Of a stretch of DNA of 59,444 nt, positions 1 to 14,680 are shown one piece after another. Position numbers and translations under genes: made by a program. The stretch's first letter is position 1. The number at the start of each line of letters is the position of its first letter. The stretch is taken from contig JAZRVJ010000041.1 of assembly GCA_045599065.1 (NCBI GenBank), positions 1 through 59,444 of the forward strand, written 5' to 3'. Source of the DNA: Mycoplasmoidaceae bacterium. Its GTDB lineage: Bacteria; Bacillota_I; Bacilli_A; Mycoplasmatales; Mycoplasmoidaceae. The notes below the pieces were generated by a model that was given only the letters and a program-made list of their open reading frames with translations, was not told the origin of the DNA and ran no database searches.

Positions 1-797
1 TGGTAATTGTCGTTATTTCTATTGTTAATTTATCAATTAGTATTGGCTGTATGGCAGCAGGCACTGGAAATGTTAATGAATTGATCTCATTAATATTTGA
101 TGGTGACACACAAACAATTGGTTGCAAGATAGTAACATCGACTATGTCAATCTTTATCTTTGTTTGTATTGTTGGTGTTATTAATGGTTTAACATATACA
201 GGAATTAGTGCTTGCCAAACAGCATGTGAAACTAACTTACTGTTCAGAAGCAAATATTTAATGCACAAAAAACCAACAGGAAAACTATATGCTGGTACAG
301 CATACTTTGGTTTAACTAGTTTCTGTTGGTGAGCGATTCTGCTAATTCCATCAGCAATATTAAACACAGATGCGATAGCAGATGGATCATCTAACATACT
401 TGTTTCATTATTCTATTTATTCTATGGAACACTGCTTCTTTATGGGTTTATCAATAGATTTACTAAGAATATTGAAGTAAGAAAATTAAGAATCTTCCCA
501 GTAACGGCATTGTTTGGTGTAATTGCTTGCTACTTTGTCTTCATTTATTGTGCCTTCTACCAATACTTAGCATTGCCAATTATGCATCCTGATTGAATTA
601 ATGCTAGCGCAAGTTGAGGATTATTCAAATCAACAGATTTGCCTAACTGACAAACAGCAATCATCTTCTGAATATTAGCTGCTGGCATGGTAGGTGTAAT
701 ATTCCTTAACGATATATTTATTAAAAATCACGATAAACAATATGGTTTACCATTAATTTGACAAGGTAAAAAACACCTTAACCACGAGATTTTATAG
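1..797 (+). CDS. polytopic membrane protein, 5' end outside the window (partial)
   Basis: The frame is open from the window edge. ORF-track piece 51..332 continues through in-frame TGA codons to TAG at 795-797. Several hydrophobic helices are present (IFIFVCIVGVINGL, LFYLFYGTLLLYGFI, FGVIACYFVFIYCAFY). Confidence 0.6.
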
Positions 798-799
798 TT

Positions 800-1324
800 A
801 TGAAAATATATTTGTTAGATTTTAATATAAACTTAACAAATGCATGGAATGCTAAGTTTAAAGATTTTGAAAATGTCGAAGTTATTAATGATGAATTCGA
901 TCATTTTGTTAAATCTCATAAAGACTTAGAATGTATTGTTAGTCCAGGTAATTCCTTTGGAATTATGACTGGTGGTTATGATGGAGCTATTACAAAATAC
1001 TTTGGTGTTATGCTAATGGCAGTTGTACAAGATTACATTAAGAAACACTATGATGGATGCCAACCAGTTTCAACTGCATTTATAGTTAAAATCCCAAATA
1101 CCAAAATGCATTTGATACATTGTCCAACTATGGCTATACCTAGTGTGATTAAAGATCCAACTGTAGTATATGATTGCACAAAAGCTGTATTAAAAGTTGC
1201 TAAGGAAAACAAAATTAAGTCAATTGTTTTACCAGCGTTTGGTGGTTTAACTGGTGGCTTAGAACCAGAAGATATTGCTTCGCAAATGTTTAAAGCAATT
1301 AATGAAATGAAAAAAGATGCGTAG
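800..1324 (+). CDS. macro domain protein (ADP-ribose binding/hydrolase fold)
   Basis: Intact 174 aa ORF. It has macro-like motifs: CIVSPGNSFGIMTGGYDGAI (cf. IVNAAN..GGGVDGAI) and SIVLPAFGGLTGG (cf. siAfPaIstGiyG). The ATG lies 2 nt after the upstream stop. Confidence 0.65.
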   Translation: MKIYLLDFNINLTNAWNAKFKDFENVEVINDEFDHFVKSHKDLECIVSPGNSFGIMTGGYDGAITKYFGVMLMAVVQDYIKKHYDGCQPVSTAFIVKIPNTKMHLIHCPTMAIPSVIKDPTVVYDCTKAVLKVAKENKIKSIVLPAFGGLTGGLEPEDIASQMFKAINEMKKDA

Positions 1325-1340
1325 CATCTTTTTATTTTTA
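1313..1340 (+). terminator. rho-independent terminator after the macro-domain gene
   Basis: Hairpin AAAGATGC-GTA-GCATCTTT followed by a T-run. The stop codon sits in the loop. Confidence 0.6.
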
Positions 1341-1364
1341 TAATATAGGTGAAAAGAGGTCTAT

Positions 1365-3074
1365 ATGAAAAAGAGACTAATTGCTCCTATTATTTCTACA
1401 ACACTTTTATCAGTTAGCCCATTAATGGCTGCTGTTAGTTGTTCTCAAAATAATTTAGTAGACGATTTACTTAATGAAACAATAAAACAATTTGTTGGTA
1501 ATGATTATAAACACGGGATTTGTGCAATTCCACACGCTTCAAAAGAAACAGAAGCTATTAGGAATTATTTAATAGATGTAATAACATCAGCCGGGATTGA
1601 AGAAGTAATGGTTGATTCATATGGTAACATATGATATGATATCCCACCATCAGAAGGTTGCCTAGAATGAAAACCATTGGTTCTGCAAGCTCATATGGAT
1701 ATGGTATGAAAAACGGTTGAAGGTGTCACATGGGATCATCCGATTCCAGTTTTGGACTATACAAGCGATGGACAACCAATTATTCACACAGAAAATAAGA
1801 AGACTTCATTAGGCGCTGATAATGGTGCTGGTTTAGCGTTTATTCTTGCTTTAACAATCAATAAAAAATATAAACATGGACCAATTAGATGCATTTTTAC
1901 CAATGATGAAGAGCTAGGACAAATCGGCGCTGCTGAATTAGGAAAAATGGACGGTGGGTACATAAATCCATTATCGAGTGTAGATGGTTTTAATTATCTA
2001 ATTAATCTTGATGCTGAAGACGAAGGACAAATTTTTGCTTCATGTGCTGGTGGTTATAGCGCTAATTATCCAGTTGAATCTTTTCAAACTGAAAACTTTA
2101 ACAAAGATGCACATATACTATTTGAAATTAATATAACAGGTGGAATGGGCGGACATTCTGGTGTTAATATGATTAATGACCCAATAAATGCACCAATTCT
2201 TGGCGCCAGAATTCTTTCAGCCATTGACTCTACATTAGGTATTGATGTATATAACATAGTTGATATTCAATCAAATGAAACCCTAGGCAATGTTATCCCA
2301 GGGAGTGCAAAATATATTATTGCTTTGCCCATTACCGAAAGAATGAAAAAAAATAATTGAGAGGCGCTTTTGAAGATTTTTGCTAATGGTGTATTAGATG
2401 ATTGCAAAGAACTAAATCCTATGGAAAAAAATCTTGCAATTCAAGTAATCCCAAGAGATGATAGCGATGATTATGATGGCAAACCTATGTTAACTGCAAA
2501 TGACTCATCAGTAATACAGGTACTATTAAACTCTTTAAAATTTGGTGCACAAGAGACTGAAATTATTGAGGGTAAAAAACGTTTGGTGTCAAGTTCAAAC
2601 GTTTGTCCTGTTGAGTTACATTTAACTAATACATTTTTTAAGGGTGAATTTAAAAACCAATTTAATTTCATGATCTTTGATCGTTCAGATAGCGACACTT
2701 ACTTAGAAAGGGAATACATTAATTACACTAGAGATTTATTCAATTTAGCTAAAACACTATGAACCACTGGTGCAAAGGTTAAAGATATAGATGTTGTTTC
2801 TCATTATCCTGCCTTTAAATATAGCGAGAACGATAAAATTCGTAATTTAGTTTGCAAAGAATATGAAAAAATAGGGGTGAACTACACAATTGAAAGAACT
2901 CACGGAGGCATTGAAAATGGTTGGTGATATAAATACAATAATAACATTCAACAAACTTCAATTGGCCCGACAATCAAGGATGTGCACGATCCAAAAGAAA
3001 CACTTTATATAAACACATATAAATCGCTAATCAAAGTCATATTAGGCATCATAAGCCAAATGGGTACAATATAA
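1365..3074 (+). CDS. pepD: lipoprotein, aminoacyl-histidine dipeptidase (PepD / M20 family)-like
   Basis: Three ORF-track pieces (1365, 1752, 2370) share one frame and are joined only by TGA. I traced the tail to TAA at 3072-3074. The N-terminus MKKRLIAPIISTTLLSVSPLMAAVSC is a signal peptide plus lipobox. The body has M20/PepD-like motifs (HMDMV, SLGADNGAG, NLDAEDEG, GGHSG). Confidence 0.75.
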
Positions 3075-3097
3075 AAAGGATGCTTTGCATCCTTTTT
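3074..3097. terminator. bidirectional terminator between pepD and galK
   Basis: 10-bp stem AAAAGGATGC-TTT-GCATCCTTTT flanked by A and T runs, between convergent genes. Confidence 0.7.
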
Positions 3098-3098
3098 C

Positions 3099-4274
3099 TT
3101 ATCTAAGTTTTTCTTCGTGCGCACCTTTAGGGTTAATACTTACAATGTGAACATTAGCTGCTTTGTATTGCTTGCACATTGTCTTATAGAATTTATTGAA
3201 TTCCTTAGGAGAAACAAAGTGCAATGTTGTTCCAGCAAATCCACCGCCATGAATACGGTGAGCTGATTTTGGAGCAATCTTTCTAGCTAGCTTCAAACAT
3301 CTTTCTGGGGAAGTCTTTGCGTTTTCTTTTCCAGGAACACATGTGTTCTTTAATAGTTTAGATGAGCTTAGTCCAGAACCATTAACAGCTGCTAAGAAAG
3401 CTTTAAGGTCTTTTTTCTTACATGCATTAAATGCTTTCTTAACTCTTAAACATTCTTCAAAGAAGTGAACTGCACGGTTTTGTGCTGACTTAGGTAAAGC
3501 TCTTGGATTTTTCTTAATTAAAGCTTTGTAGTTAGCATAGCTAACATCTCTTAAGTGAGTTTTCTTGAAAGCTTTAGATACTTTCTTCATATCTCCAATG
3601 ATAGAAGCATATAAAGGTGTTAAGTTAGAGTGATCGCCGCCACTATTAATTAACACAATCTTGTAATTAGTAAATGGGAACTTAGTGTTAATTACTTTTG
3701 GATTGGATAAGTTGTTGAAGTCAACATAACTAATTCCACCATAACATGCACCAGTTTGGTCTAATAAACCACAAGGTTTATTAAAATATAAGTTCTCAGC
3801 TTTTTGTGCAATCTTAACCATTTCCATTTTAGGTAGTTTGCCTTTGTTATATAAAACATTTAGGATTTCACAAACTAACATTTCAAATGCAGCAGATGAT
3901 GAAACACCACCACCAACTATTACTTGCGATACACAAGCAGCATCAAAACCACCAATCTTGTATCCTTTTTTAGCAAAGCCTGATACAATACCTTTAACTA
4001 AAGCAATGAACTTTCCAAATTCTTTTTTGTTTGGTTTAGTAGCTTTAGCTACAAAACTACATTTTCCTATTCCTTTAGAAGCAATAGTTACTTTGTTGTT
4101 TTTAGTTTTGTTTACTAATGCTTCTACTAATAATGAAGCACCGGCAACTAGAGCAAGGCCTCTATTGTGGTCTGTGTGGTTACCAACGATTTCATATCTA
4201 CCAGGAGAGATGAAATATCTAGTTGGTTTTGTTTTGAAATTTTGTTTTCAATAATTCTTTAATAATTTATTCAT
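3099..4274 (-). CDS. galK: galactokinase
   Basis: Fragment 3099..3881 extends in frame via TGA to ATG at 4274, with GGAGA 5 nt upstream. Motifs include SPGRYEIVGNHTDHNRG and the GHMP motif GGGVSSSAA. It sits next to galT and galM. Confidence 0.9.
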
Positions 4275-4290
4275 ATTTTCTCCAATCAAA

Positions 4291-5787
4291 TTATATCTTT
4301 ATAGATTTGATAAATCTTTTGAAATGTTTATTGCCTAAAGCATCTTTTTTAAATACTGCAGTATTAATCAAAATTGCTTTACATACATCATTGATGTATT
4401 CTTGAGCAGCCATATCGTGTCTACTCATATATCTAATCATTCTGTCAAAGCCCTCTAACTTAGGATACTTCTTTAAGAATAATTTTTTAGTTACTAGGCC
4501 TTGCTTGACTGCTTGAGTTGCCATTTCCATTTGTTCTTTTAATCTACCAGGTAAAATGAATCTACCCATAGCTTCTATTGCACCAATGTTTTCTTTCTTA
4601 ATGTGGAAATATTGAGTATGAGCATGGAAGATACCATTAGGATATTTAGTTGATTTTCTATTATTTCTTAAAATAAGGATAGCTTCATACTTCTTATCAT
4701 TCCTAATTCTAAAGACAGGTGTAATTGTATTATGTCTAGTTTGTCCGGTGTGAGACACAATATTAACTTCTGGTGCATTAAAATTGATTCATTTGTTTAA
4801 AATTTCATCGCAGCACTCAACAATATGAGTTGGGTTATCAGACACTAGTCTGATAGCTGAGTTATAGAAATTAACAATCGATGCCTTAACATCTTTATAT
4901 TTCTTTGTTGGTATTTTATGCAAATCAGGAGCCTTTTGAATAGGAAAGACATGATCACCGCATTGGAAATGTTCATGATTCAAAATAGAACCACCAACAA
5001 TAGGCAAGTCGCCATTACTTGAAATAATATAGAATGGGAATTCTTTCAATGCCGCCATCATTATTATGAAAATTCTTGGTGTAATTTCCATATTAGCATG
5101 TTTCATAGCAATTAAAATCATATGCTCATTAAAATAGCCAAATGGTGAGTATTGCATAAATCATCTTTCACCACACAAACTAAATGGAACTATTCTTAAT
5201 GTTTGTCTTTGCGGACGCTTTGAGTCACCAAAGAAGCCTAAGTTTTCAATACATAAAGGACACTTAGGGTAGTTTGCGCTTTGCGGCAATTCAATTAAAC
5301 TAGCAATTTCAGCAGTTGTTTTCTCAGGTTTTGAAAGATTAATAGTAACTTCAATATCTTGCCTGTGGTCAAAGTGTGCTGTCCACTCAATATTTTGTTT
5401 TACAGCTCTTAAGTGAATATAGTGGTTGTTTACACCTAAATTGTACAGATAAGTTGCTGCTCTTCTTTTAGAGACTCTTGCAAAACGATAATATCTCTTA
5501 ATTACATCTGATGGGGATGGAGAAATAATATCAAATAATCTAGCTAATTTAATTCTGCTAGTGATTAAGTCTCACTTTTTATGCCTAAATAATTCATTGA
5601 AATTAGCTACAAAGTAGTCAACATCATATATTTTTGTTGGTTGTTTGTATTTGTAGTAGGCGTTAGGATACATTCCTAATTCGTAATAAATTTTATTTCT
5701 AGCTTCAATTGCATCATATGGAAACAGACCAAGAACCTTCTCTCCATAGTAAATGAAATCTTCCACTAGTCTGATAGTGTTCTTCAT
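4291..5787 (-). CDS. galT: galactose-1-phosphate uridylyltransferase (type 2, ~498 aa)
   Basis: Three ORF pieces (4291, 4789, 5572) share one frame and are joined by TGA. The length and the GGSILNHEHFQ region fit Firmicutes-type GalT. The gene lies in the gal cluster. Confidence 0.85.
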
Positions 5788-5859
5788 ACAATTAAATTAT
5801 ATATATTAAACTATAAAAATAAAAAGCTTTAGCTTTTTATCCATATATAATTTTTGTGT

Positions 5860-6855
5860 ATGGAAAATTTAGTTAAAAATAAACAAACAATAGAAGGAAT
5901 TGATTTCTTCTCAATTAAGAACAATAAAGATTTGGAAATTGAATTTTGTCAACTAGGTGCGTCAATATATTCAGTTAAATACAAAAATAAAGTAATAACT
6001 TACCACCCTGTTGATAGAAAAGTATTTCTAACTACTGGTAAGTATTCTGGCAAGATTGTTGGAAGAACATGCGGTAGATTAGCTGATGGCATCATTAAAG
6101 TTGATGATAAAACATACCAAATTCAAATTAACGAGCCAGGAAAACATAACTGTTTACATGGTGGAAAAGATGGAATTTCTTTTAAGAAATTTAATTATTC
6201 AGTAACTGAAGACGATAAAACAATTAATGTTATCTTCAAATACACATCATCTAATAATGAGGCAGGTTTTCCTGCAAAGGTTGATTTTGTAGTTACTTAT
6301 GTAATTGAAAAAGATACTAACACATTTACAATCAAGATGTTGGCAACTCCTGACGCTAAGACAGTATTAAATATGACAACTCATATCTATTGAAGATTGG
6401 GTGGTAATGATGTTTTAGACCACACATTATTTGTAGATGCTGGAAAAAGAATGATAGGGCATCCTGAAAGAATGTTCAATATGCAAGAAGCTACAGTTGA
6501 AAATTGATTCAACTTTCAAAAACCAAAAAAAGTTGGGCAAGATATTGCTGAAGTAGCTAAAGCTAGTCCAAATGCTACTAGAGGATATGACCATGCGTGA
6601 ATTTTCAATAATCCTACCTTAGGAAAAGTGACTTTGTCCTATGAAGGTACAACATTAGATGTTACAACAAACTTTAGCATGGCAAATATCTATGCTGACT
6701 GTTGAAATGATCCGATTGAAATGTTATCATATGGTTTAGACAAGCAATATGGAGCTATAGCTATTGAACCACAATTAAAATACACAACATACAGTGATTT
6801 ATATTGTGAAGCTGGCAAAGCATTTGACCATTACATTAAATTTGAATTGAAATAA
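5860..6855 (+). CDS. galM: aldose 1-epimerase (galactose mutarotase)
   Basis: The 5854 ORF continues through TGA codons to TAA at 6853-6855. ATG at 5860 is the likely start. Epimerase-like features include GKYSGKIVGRTCGRLADG and LHGG. It is divergent from galT. Confidence 0.8.
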
Positions 6856-6860
6856 AAAAT

Positions 6861-6889
6861 AAAAATCAAACCAATCGGTTTGATTTTTT
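6861..6889. terminator. bidirectional terminator between galM and rpsD
   Basis: Hairpin AAATCAAACC-AATC-GGTTTGATTT with flanking A and T runs. Confidence 0.7.
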
Positions 6890-6890
6890 A

Positions 6891-7499
6891 TTAAGCGAAT
6901 TTGTTGAACCATTCAACAACGTAAGTTTCATTAATTTCTTGATTAAGTTCTTCACGTTGAGGGAATCTAACATATTCACCTGTGGCATTAGCCTTATCAA
7001 CTTTAACAAATTCAAGTGGTTTAGCTAATTCAGTATCTTTAACTACTGGTAAAGCTCTAGATTTTTCTTTAATAGAAATCTTATCACCAACTTTGCAGAT
7101 TGTTGAAGCGATTGAACACTTTTTACCATTTAGTAATACATGTCCATGGTTAACTAATTGTCTAGATGCTCTTCTTGTTGGAGCAAATCCCATTCTAAAG
7201 ACTAAGTTATCAATTCTTGATTCAAGAATAATAAGTAAGTTTAGGGCATTAGAACCCTTCATTCTCTTGGCCATCTTGAATAGTCTTCTAAATTGACGGT
7301 CATTCATTCCATACATGAATTGCAATTTTTGTTTTTCTTGCAATTGTTCTGCATAACCAGACAATTTTCTTTTGTTAGTGCCGTGAGCTCCTGGAGCGTA
7401 TGTTCTTTTCTTTCCCTTAGAGAACTCTTTGTTGTTTTCTAATAGAGAAAAGCCATAACGTCTAGACTTACGGTTTATACTACCTGTATATCTTGACAT
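6891..7499 (-). CDS. rpsD: 30S ribosomal protein S4
   Basis: Intact 202 aa ORF beginning MSRYTGSINRKSRRYGFSL, with an S4 RNA-binding domain. Confidence 0.97.
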   Translation of the reverse strand: MSRYTGSINRKSRRYGFSLLENNKEFSKGKKRTYAPGAHGTNKRKLSGYAEQLQEKQKLQFMYGMNDRQFRRLFKMAKRMKGSNALNLLIILESRIDNLVFRMGFAPTRRASRQLVNHGHVLLNGKKCSIASTICKVGDKISIKEKSRALPVVKDTELAKPLEFVKVDKANATGEYVRFPQREELNQEINETYVVEWFNKFA

Positions 7500-7710
7500 A
7501 AATTCCTTTCAAAATTATTAACACAACAATAAAATAACACTTATTTATAGATTCAACACTAGTAATTTCAATTTTAACAGCTTATTTACTTTTAGAACTA
7601 AATCGTTGTTGACTAAAGTTAAATAATGTTATTTTGCTGAATGTGTATTTACTATTATATATATTATTTACCAATAAAAACAAAAAAATAACTAGGTTAT
7701 GCCTAGTTAA

Positions 7711-8709
7711 TTATTCATAGATACTTTCTTGTTTCACTTTTGGTTTAATTCTCTTGTCGAAGATAGTCAAGAAAACAGCTGCTAAACATAAAGCTATTTG
7801 TGGAGTGCATAAGCCGATTGTTGATTTTCAACTTCTATCCAATTGTCATATATCAAATACAAATGAATGAGAAATAACAAATAATACAAACAGCACAAAG
7901 AACAATGAACCATAAAGAATTATTTGTGGTAAATTATTTGATTCAAATAATTTTGTCTTCTTATAAATTTGTAAGAGGAATTCAACAAATAAACCAATGA
8001 AAGTCATTGCAAAGCACATGCCCATTGGTGCAGTCATAACTTGACCAATCAAATTATTGGTAGAATCTAAGATACTAACTGGTTGCACTAATCAAACCAT
8101 GAATGGGTAAAACAAAACAGATGCTAACCCAAAAATTCTAATATTTGATTTAATATCTTGTTCGATAAAACCAACACCAAAATTTTCGCTTTTTTCTCAT
8201 GTCATTAACATACTAAAACTACAAATAATGAATAAAGAAGAAATAAAATTCAAGAAATCAACATGAGTTAATTCTGATGCAATGTATATATCAAGTGACC
8301 AATCATATACTCACGTACATACGATTACATCATTTTTGATGTAATCTGCTGTGCAAATGATTGAAACCATTCCAGCTATTACTACTAATGAATTAATAAC
8401 AATACCATATACATTCTTTTCAACATCGGTTTTAAAATTAAAAACACGGTGAATCAAATATCCTAAGTTGCAGATAATAACTAAACTTCCAGAAGTAATG
8501 AAAACAATTGCTAAAATTTTAGAAGCGTTATACCATGACTCTGATCAATCAATATATGGTGGTTCAATCAAACCATGTAATCCTTTAGAAATGAATATGC
8601 AGTCAACGATTAACCACACAAAATACAAAACCATTGCTAACAATGTTGTATATTGCATCGCATAAATCATTTTTCTTCTTTTAGTTCATGGCTTTTTAGT
8701 TTGCTTCAT
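7711..8709 (-). CDS. polytopic membrane protein (unknown function)
   Basis: Runs from ATG 8709 to TAA 7711-7713 with only TGA interruptions (ends checked). About 8 hydrophobic segments are present. The ORF-track piece 7846..8088 is part of it. Confidence 0.6.
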
Positions 8710-8732
8710 AATGTACCTTAAATAAAGTTATA

Positions 8733-9134
8733 TTATAACTTAAGTTCCTTTGCAACTTTGTCAATATCTTCAACAACTATTTCTCCATGAGCCATTTTAT
8801 AACCTTGGTCTTTAGTATATTTTGGAATAACATGTAAATGAACATGGAATACTGCTTGACCAGCAATTTCACCCTGATTAGATAAATAATTAAAACCTCA
8901 AGGTTTATATTTGCTCTTTTCAAGTTTGTCGGCAACAATTTTGCTTAACTCAACCATATCCTTTAAAACATCTAATGGTGTATCTTGTCAATTTGGATAG
9001 TGTTTTTTAGAAATAATTACTGTATGACCATTAGCCAATGGTGAAATATCTAAAAATGCTAATGCATTTTCATTTTCAGCCACTTTTTTGCAAGGAATTT
9101 TTCCTGCAACAATATCACAAAATACGCAACTCAT
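8733..9134 (-). CDS. HIT family hydrolase
   Basis: Translation begins MSCVFCDIVAGKIPCKKV and contains the histidine triad HVHLHVIP. The 133 aa protein has TGA=Trp codons, so it is absent from the ORF track. Confidence 0.85.
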
Positions 9135-9136
9135 AA

Positions 9137-9970
9137 TTATCTAACTCTTCCTCTGATTCTTATTAAGAACATAATTACAAGTAATAAAACATTAACTAAG
9201 TCTGATAAAAGTCTAAAACCGCAATATCAAACTACAGCTGGTGCTTTTTCATCAACACCAGTATAAGAATTGAATTGGCTAATACCCATAATACTCTTAA
9301 CGTCTACAATAATGTAGAAGAATGTTGCTATTGCCATGAATATCAATACTATTCATGTAATAACATCAGCAGTAATAACAAAACCTTGGCCACCGCTACC
9401 AGTTAAACCAACAACAAGTACAGCAATCATGAATGAAAAGAACAACACCATCATTACTATAGAACAGATACCTACAATCTTACCATAAGTAATAACACCT
9501 CTAAGACTCATTATCTTAGCTACTAATGCAACTAATAAGAAGATTATGCCTGTTATAGCAAATGCAGCAGCTAAATAAGTAAACTTAAATCCTGTTGCTT
9601 CTTCATTGAATCATAAGAAATTAAATAAAGCACCAAATGCAACGGACATTGTAATGATATATAAGCTAAATACTAAAACCGTTAAACCTGTTGCTTTACC
9701 TTTTCATAATATTTTTGTTCATAGAATACTAATAACTATACTTAGAATAAGAAAACCAAAGGTTAAACCCATAACTAAACCAAAGTTATTGTATATTTCT
9801 ACAAAACTAAATGCTCATGCAAATAGTTCTGATAAACCGCAAATAAGCATAAAACCAATTCCAGCAATAAGCATAGATTTAGTTAATAATGATGTTTGTT
9901 GTTTACTAAATTGACCTCTTTTTGGCCCTTGACCAACATAGGTACTTTGATTGACATTAATTGTTTCCAT
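9137..9970 (-). CDS. BAX inhibitor-1/YccA family membrane protein
   Basis: Runs from ATG 9970 (METINVNQ...) to TAA 9137-9139. About 7 TM helices and a basic C-terminal tail (IRIRGRVR) fit the family. It contains many TGA codons. Confidence 0.65.
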
Positions 9971-10022
9971 AATGAGTTAATTATACTATAGTATAATTAA
10001 TTTCATATAGAAGCATAAAAAT

Positions 10023-10763
10023 ATGGCTATTAGATTAGATAAATTTTTAGCAAAACTTCATCCTAATTACTCAAGAAACAAAATTAGCAGTTTTATTAAA
10101 AGTGGTTTTGTTACAGTAAATAATAAGGTGATTATTGAACCATCTTTTTCTGTTAATGAAACAGATAAAACTGTTTTAAATGTTAAACCTGAAAATGATT
10201 TTGTTTCAAGAGCTGCATTTAAATTGCTAAAAGGTATAGAACACTTTAAGATAAATCTTAAAGATAAAGTATGTTTAGACATAGGCAGTTCTACTGGTGG
10301 TTTTAGTCAAGTTATGGCACAAAATCATGCTAAATTTATTTATGCGGTTGATGTTGGTAGCAAACAATTTGACCAAACACTATTGAATAAATATAGTGAA
10401 GTTATCAAATTAATGGAGCAAACAAACTTCTGCCATATGCAACAAAATCAATTTGATCAAAAAATAGATTTTATTGCTTGTGATGTTAGTTTCATATCAT
10501 CAAAGAAAATCTTGGATAGAATCAAATATTTATTTGATTACCCTTTAGAAATGATTCTTTTAATTAAACCTCAATTTGAATTAACAAAAGAAATATTAGA
10601 CAAATGTAAAGGATCTATTCCTGAAAAATATCATCAACAAGCAATTAGCAGTGTTTGTTCATATGCAAAGAAACTTGGTTTTAAAGTTTCAGAAGTTATT
10701 GAATCTCCTATATTAGGAGCTAAGGGATACAATAAAGAGTTTATTGTACATTTGGAGAGATAG
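10023..10763 (+). CDS. tlyA: TlyA-type rRNA 2'-O-methyltransferase (hemolysin A family)
   Basis: Intact 246 aa ORF. It has an N-terminal S4-like domain (RLDKFLAK) and a SAM-binding motif ([10 protein letters not shown]). Confidence 0.85.
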   Translation: MAIRLDKFLAKLHPNYSRNKISSFIKSGFVTVNNKVIIEPSFSVNETDKTVLNVKPENDFVSRAAFKLLKGIEHFKINLKDKVCLDIGSSTGGFSQVMAQNHAKFIYAVDVGSKQFDQTLLNKYSEVIKLMEQTNFCHMQQNQFDQKIDFIACDVSFISSKKILDRIKYLFDYPLEMILLIKPQFELTKEILDKCKGSIPEKYHQQAISSVCSYAKKLGFKVSEVIESPILGAKGYNKEFIVHLER

Positions 10764-10764
10764 C

Positions 10765-11937
10765 ATGGCAAAGTTAATCTTTCATCTTGACTTAGATGCA
10801 TTCTTTGCTAGCTGTGAAGAAGCTGTAAACCCTAAATTAAGAAACAAACCAATTATTGTTAGTGGAAGAAACAAAAGATCAGTTGTTTCTGCCGCTAACT
10901 ATCTTGCAAGAAAATTTGGTGTTAAAGCTGCTATGCCAGTATGACAAGCAAGAAGATTATGTCCTCAAGCAACTATTTGTGCTGGTAACTACAAACTGTA
11001 TGAAGACATGAGTAATCTCTTTTTTGATTACATCAAAAAACATTTTACAAACATATGCGAAGAAATGTCTATTGACGAATGTTGAATTGATGTAACGAAT
11101 GTCGTTAAACATTACAATAATGATCCAATTAAGTTAGCTAAAAAAATCCAACAAGACATTTATAGAAATTTGAAACTTTCAGTTTCAATTGGTATTAGTT
11201 GAAATAAATTTTTAGCTAAGATGGCAACAGATTTGCATAAACCAAGAGGCATCACATCTATCTTAACTCAAAGTGACTTAGAAAAGAAAATTTGACCTTT
11301 ACCGATTGAAGAAATGTTCTTTGTTGGTCCGGCAAGTGCTAAAAAACTTAAAAGTATCAATATTAACACCATAGGTGATTTGGCTAAATATGATGATTTA
11401 AAACACCTAGAATGACTACTTGGTAGTTATTGATATGATGTGAGGGAAAATGCCCTAGGTAATGGTTCAGATTATGTTGATACAAGTAAGAACGATCCTA
11501 AATCACTTTCAGTGAGCCATACATTGCTTGATTCAACAAATGATCCAATAGAAATAGAAACAACATTTAAATATATTGCCGAAGAATTAGCTGATAAACT
11601 TGCATATTACAATATGGCAGGTTCAGTTGTGACTGTCATATATAAATATGACATCCATCATCAATACACTAAAAATGAAACACAAAGAAAATTAATTTAC
11701 CGTTATGAGGACCTATATAGCATAGCAACAAGAATGTTCTCTCAAGTCTATGATAGTTCAAGACTTATAAGACTAATTGGTATTGGTATAGGCAAACTAC
11801 AAAAGATTGAGGATGTCAAAGCGATTGATACCAAGCTTGTAAAGAAAAGAAAAAGTAAAGTCGATAAGATTGCTGAACAAGTAAATAAAAAACTAGGTAT
11901 TGACCTAGTCTTTGTGGCTAAAGATAAATTGAAATAA
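10765..11937 (+). CDS. dinB: DNA polymerase IV (Y-family)
   Basis: Begins [19 protein letters not shown] (Y-family catalytic motif), with GGAGAGA upstream. Pieces 10744 and 11440 share one frame via TGA. Confidence 0.85.
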
Positions 11938-11938
11938 T

Positions 11939-14653
<2,715 letters not shown>

Positions 14654-14680
14654 AATTGCTAATAATTATATAATTTTATT

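Noticed and set aside
3838-4254. 138 aa plus-strand ORF inside galK. Similar antisense ORFs occur at 2471..2698, 6982..7296, 10067..10282, 15220..15432, 15753..16085, 21826..22254, 22619..22963, 23019..23240, 23672..24091, 24566..24886, 27163..27351, 36015..36236, 36399..36662, 36849..37124, 38969..39193, 39884..40123, 40664..40852, 41508..41852, 42735..42989, 43199..43435, 45192..45404 and 45555..45791.
   Set aside because: All lie antisense to, or out of frame with, strongly supported conserved genes. They have low-complexity or hydrophobic composition typical of shadow ORFs in AT-rich DNA, and no independent start or SD context.
10744-10764. Upstream start for dinB at 10744 ([11 protein letters not shown]...), as drawn in the ORF track
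   Set aside because: That start lies inside the tlyA coding region. ATG 10765 has a GGAGAGA Shine-Dalgarno and begins the conserved [15 protein letters not shown]-terminus.
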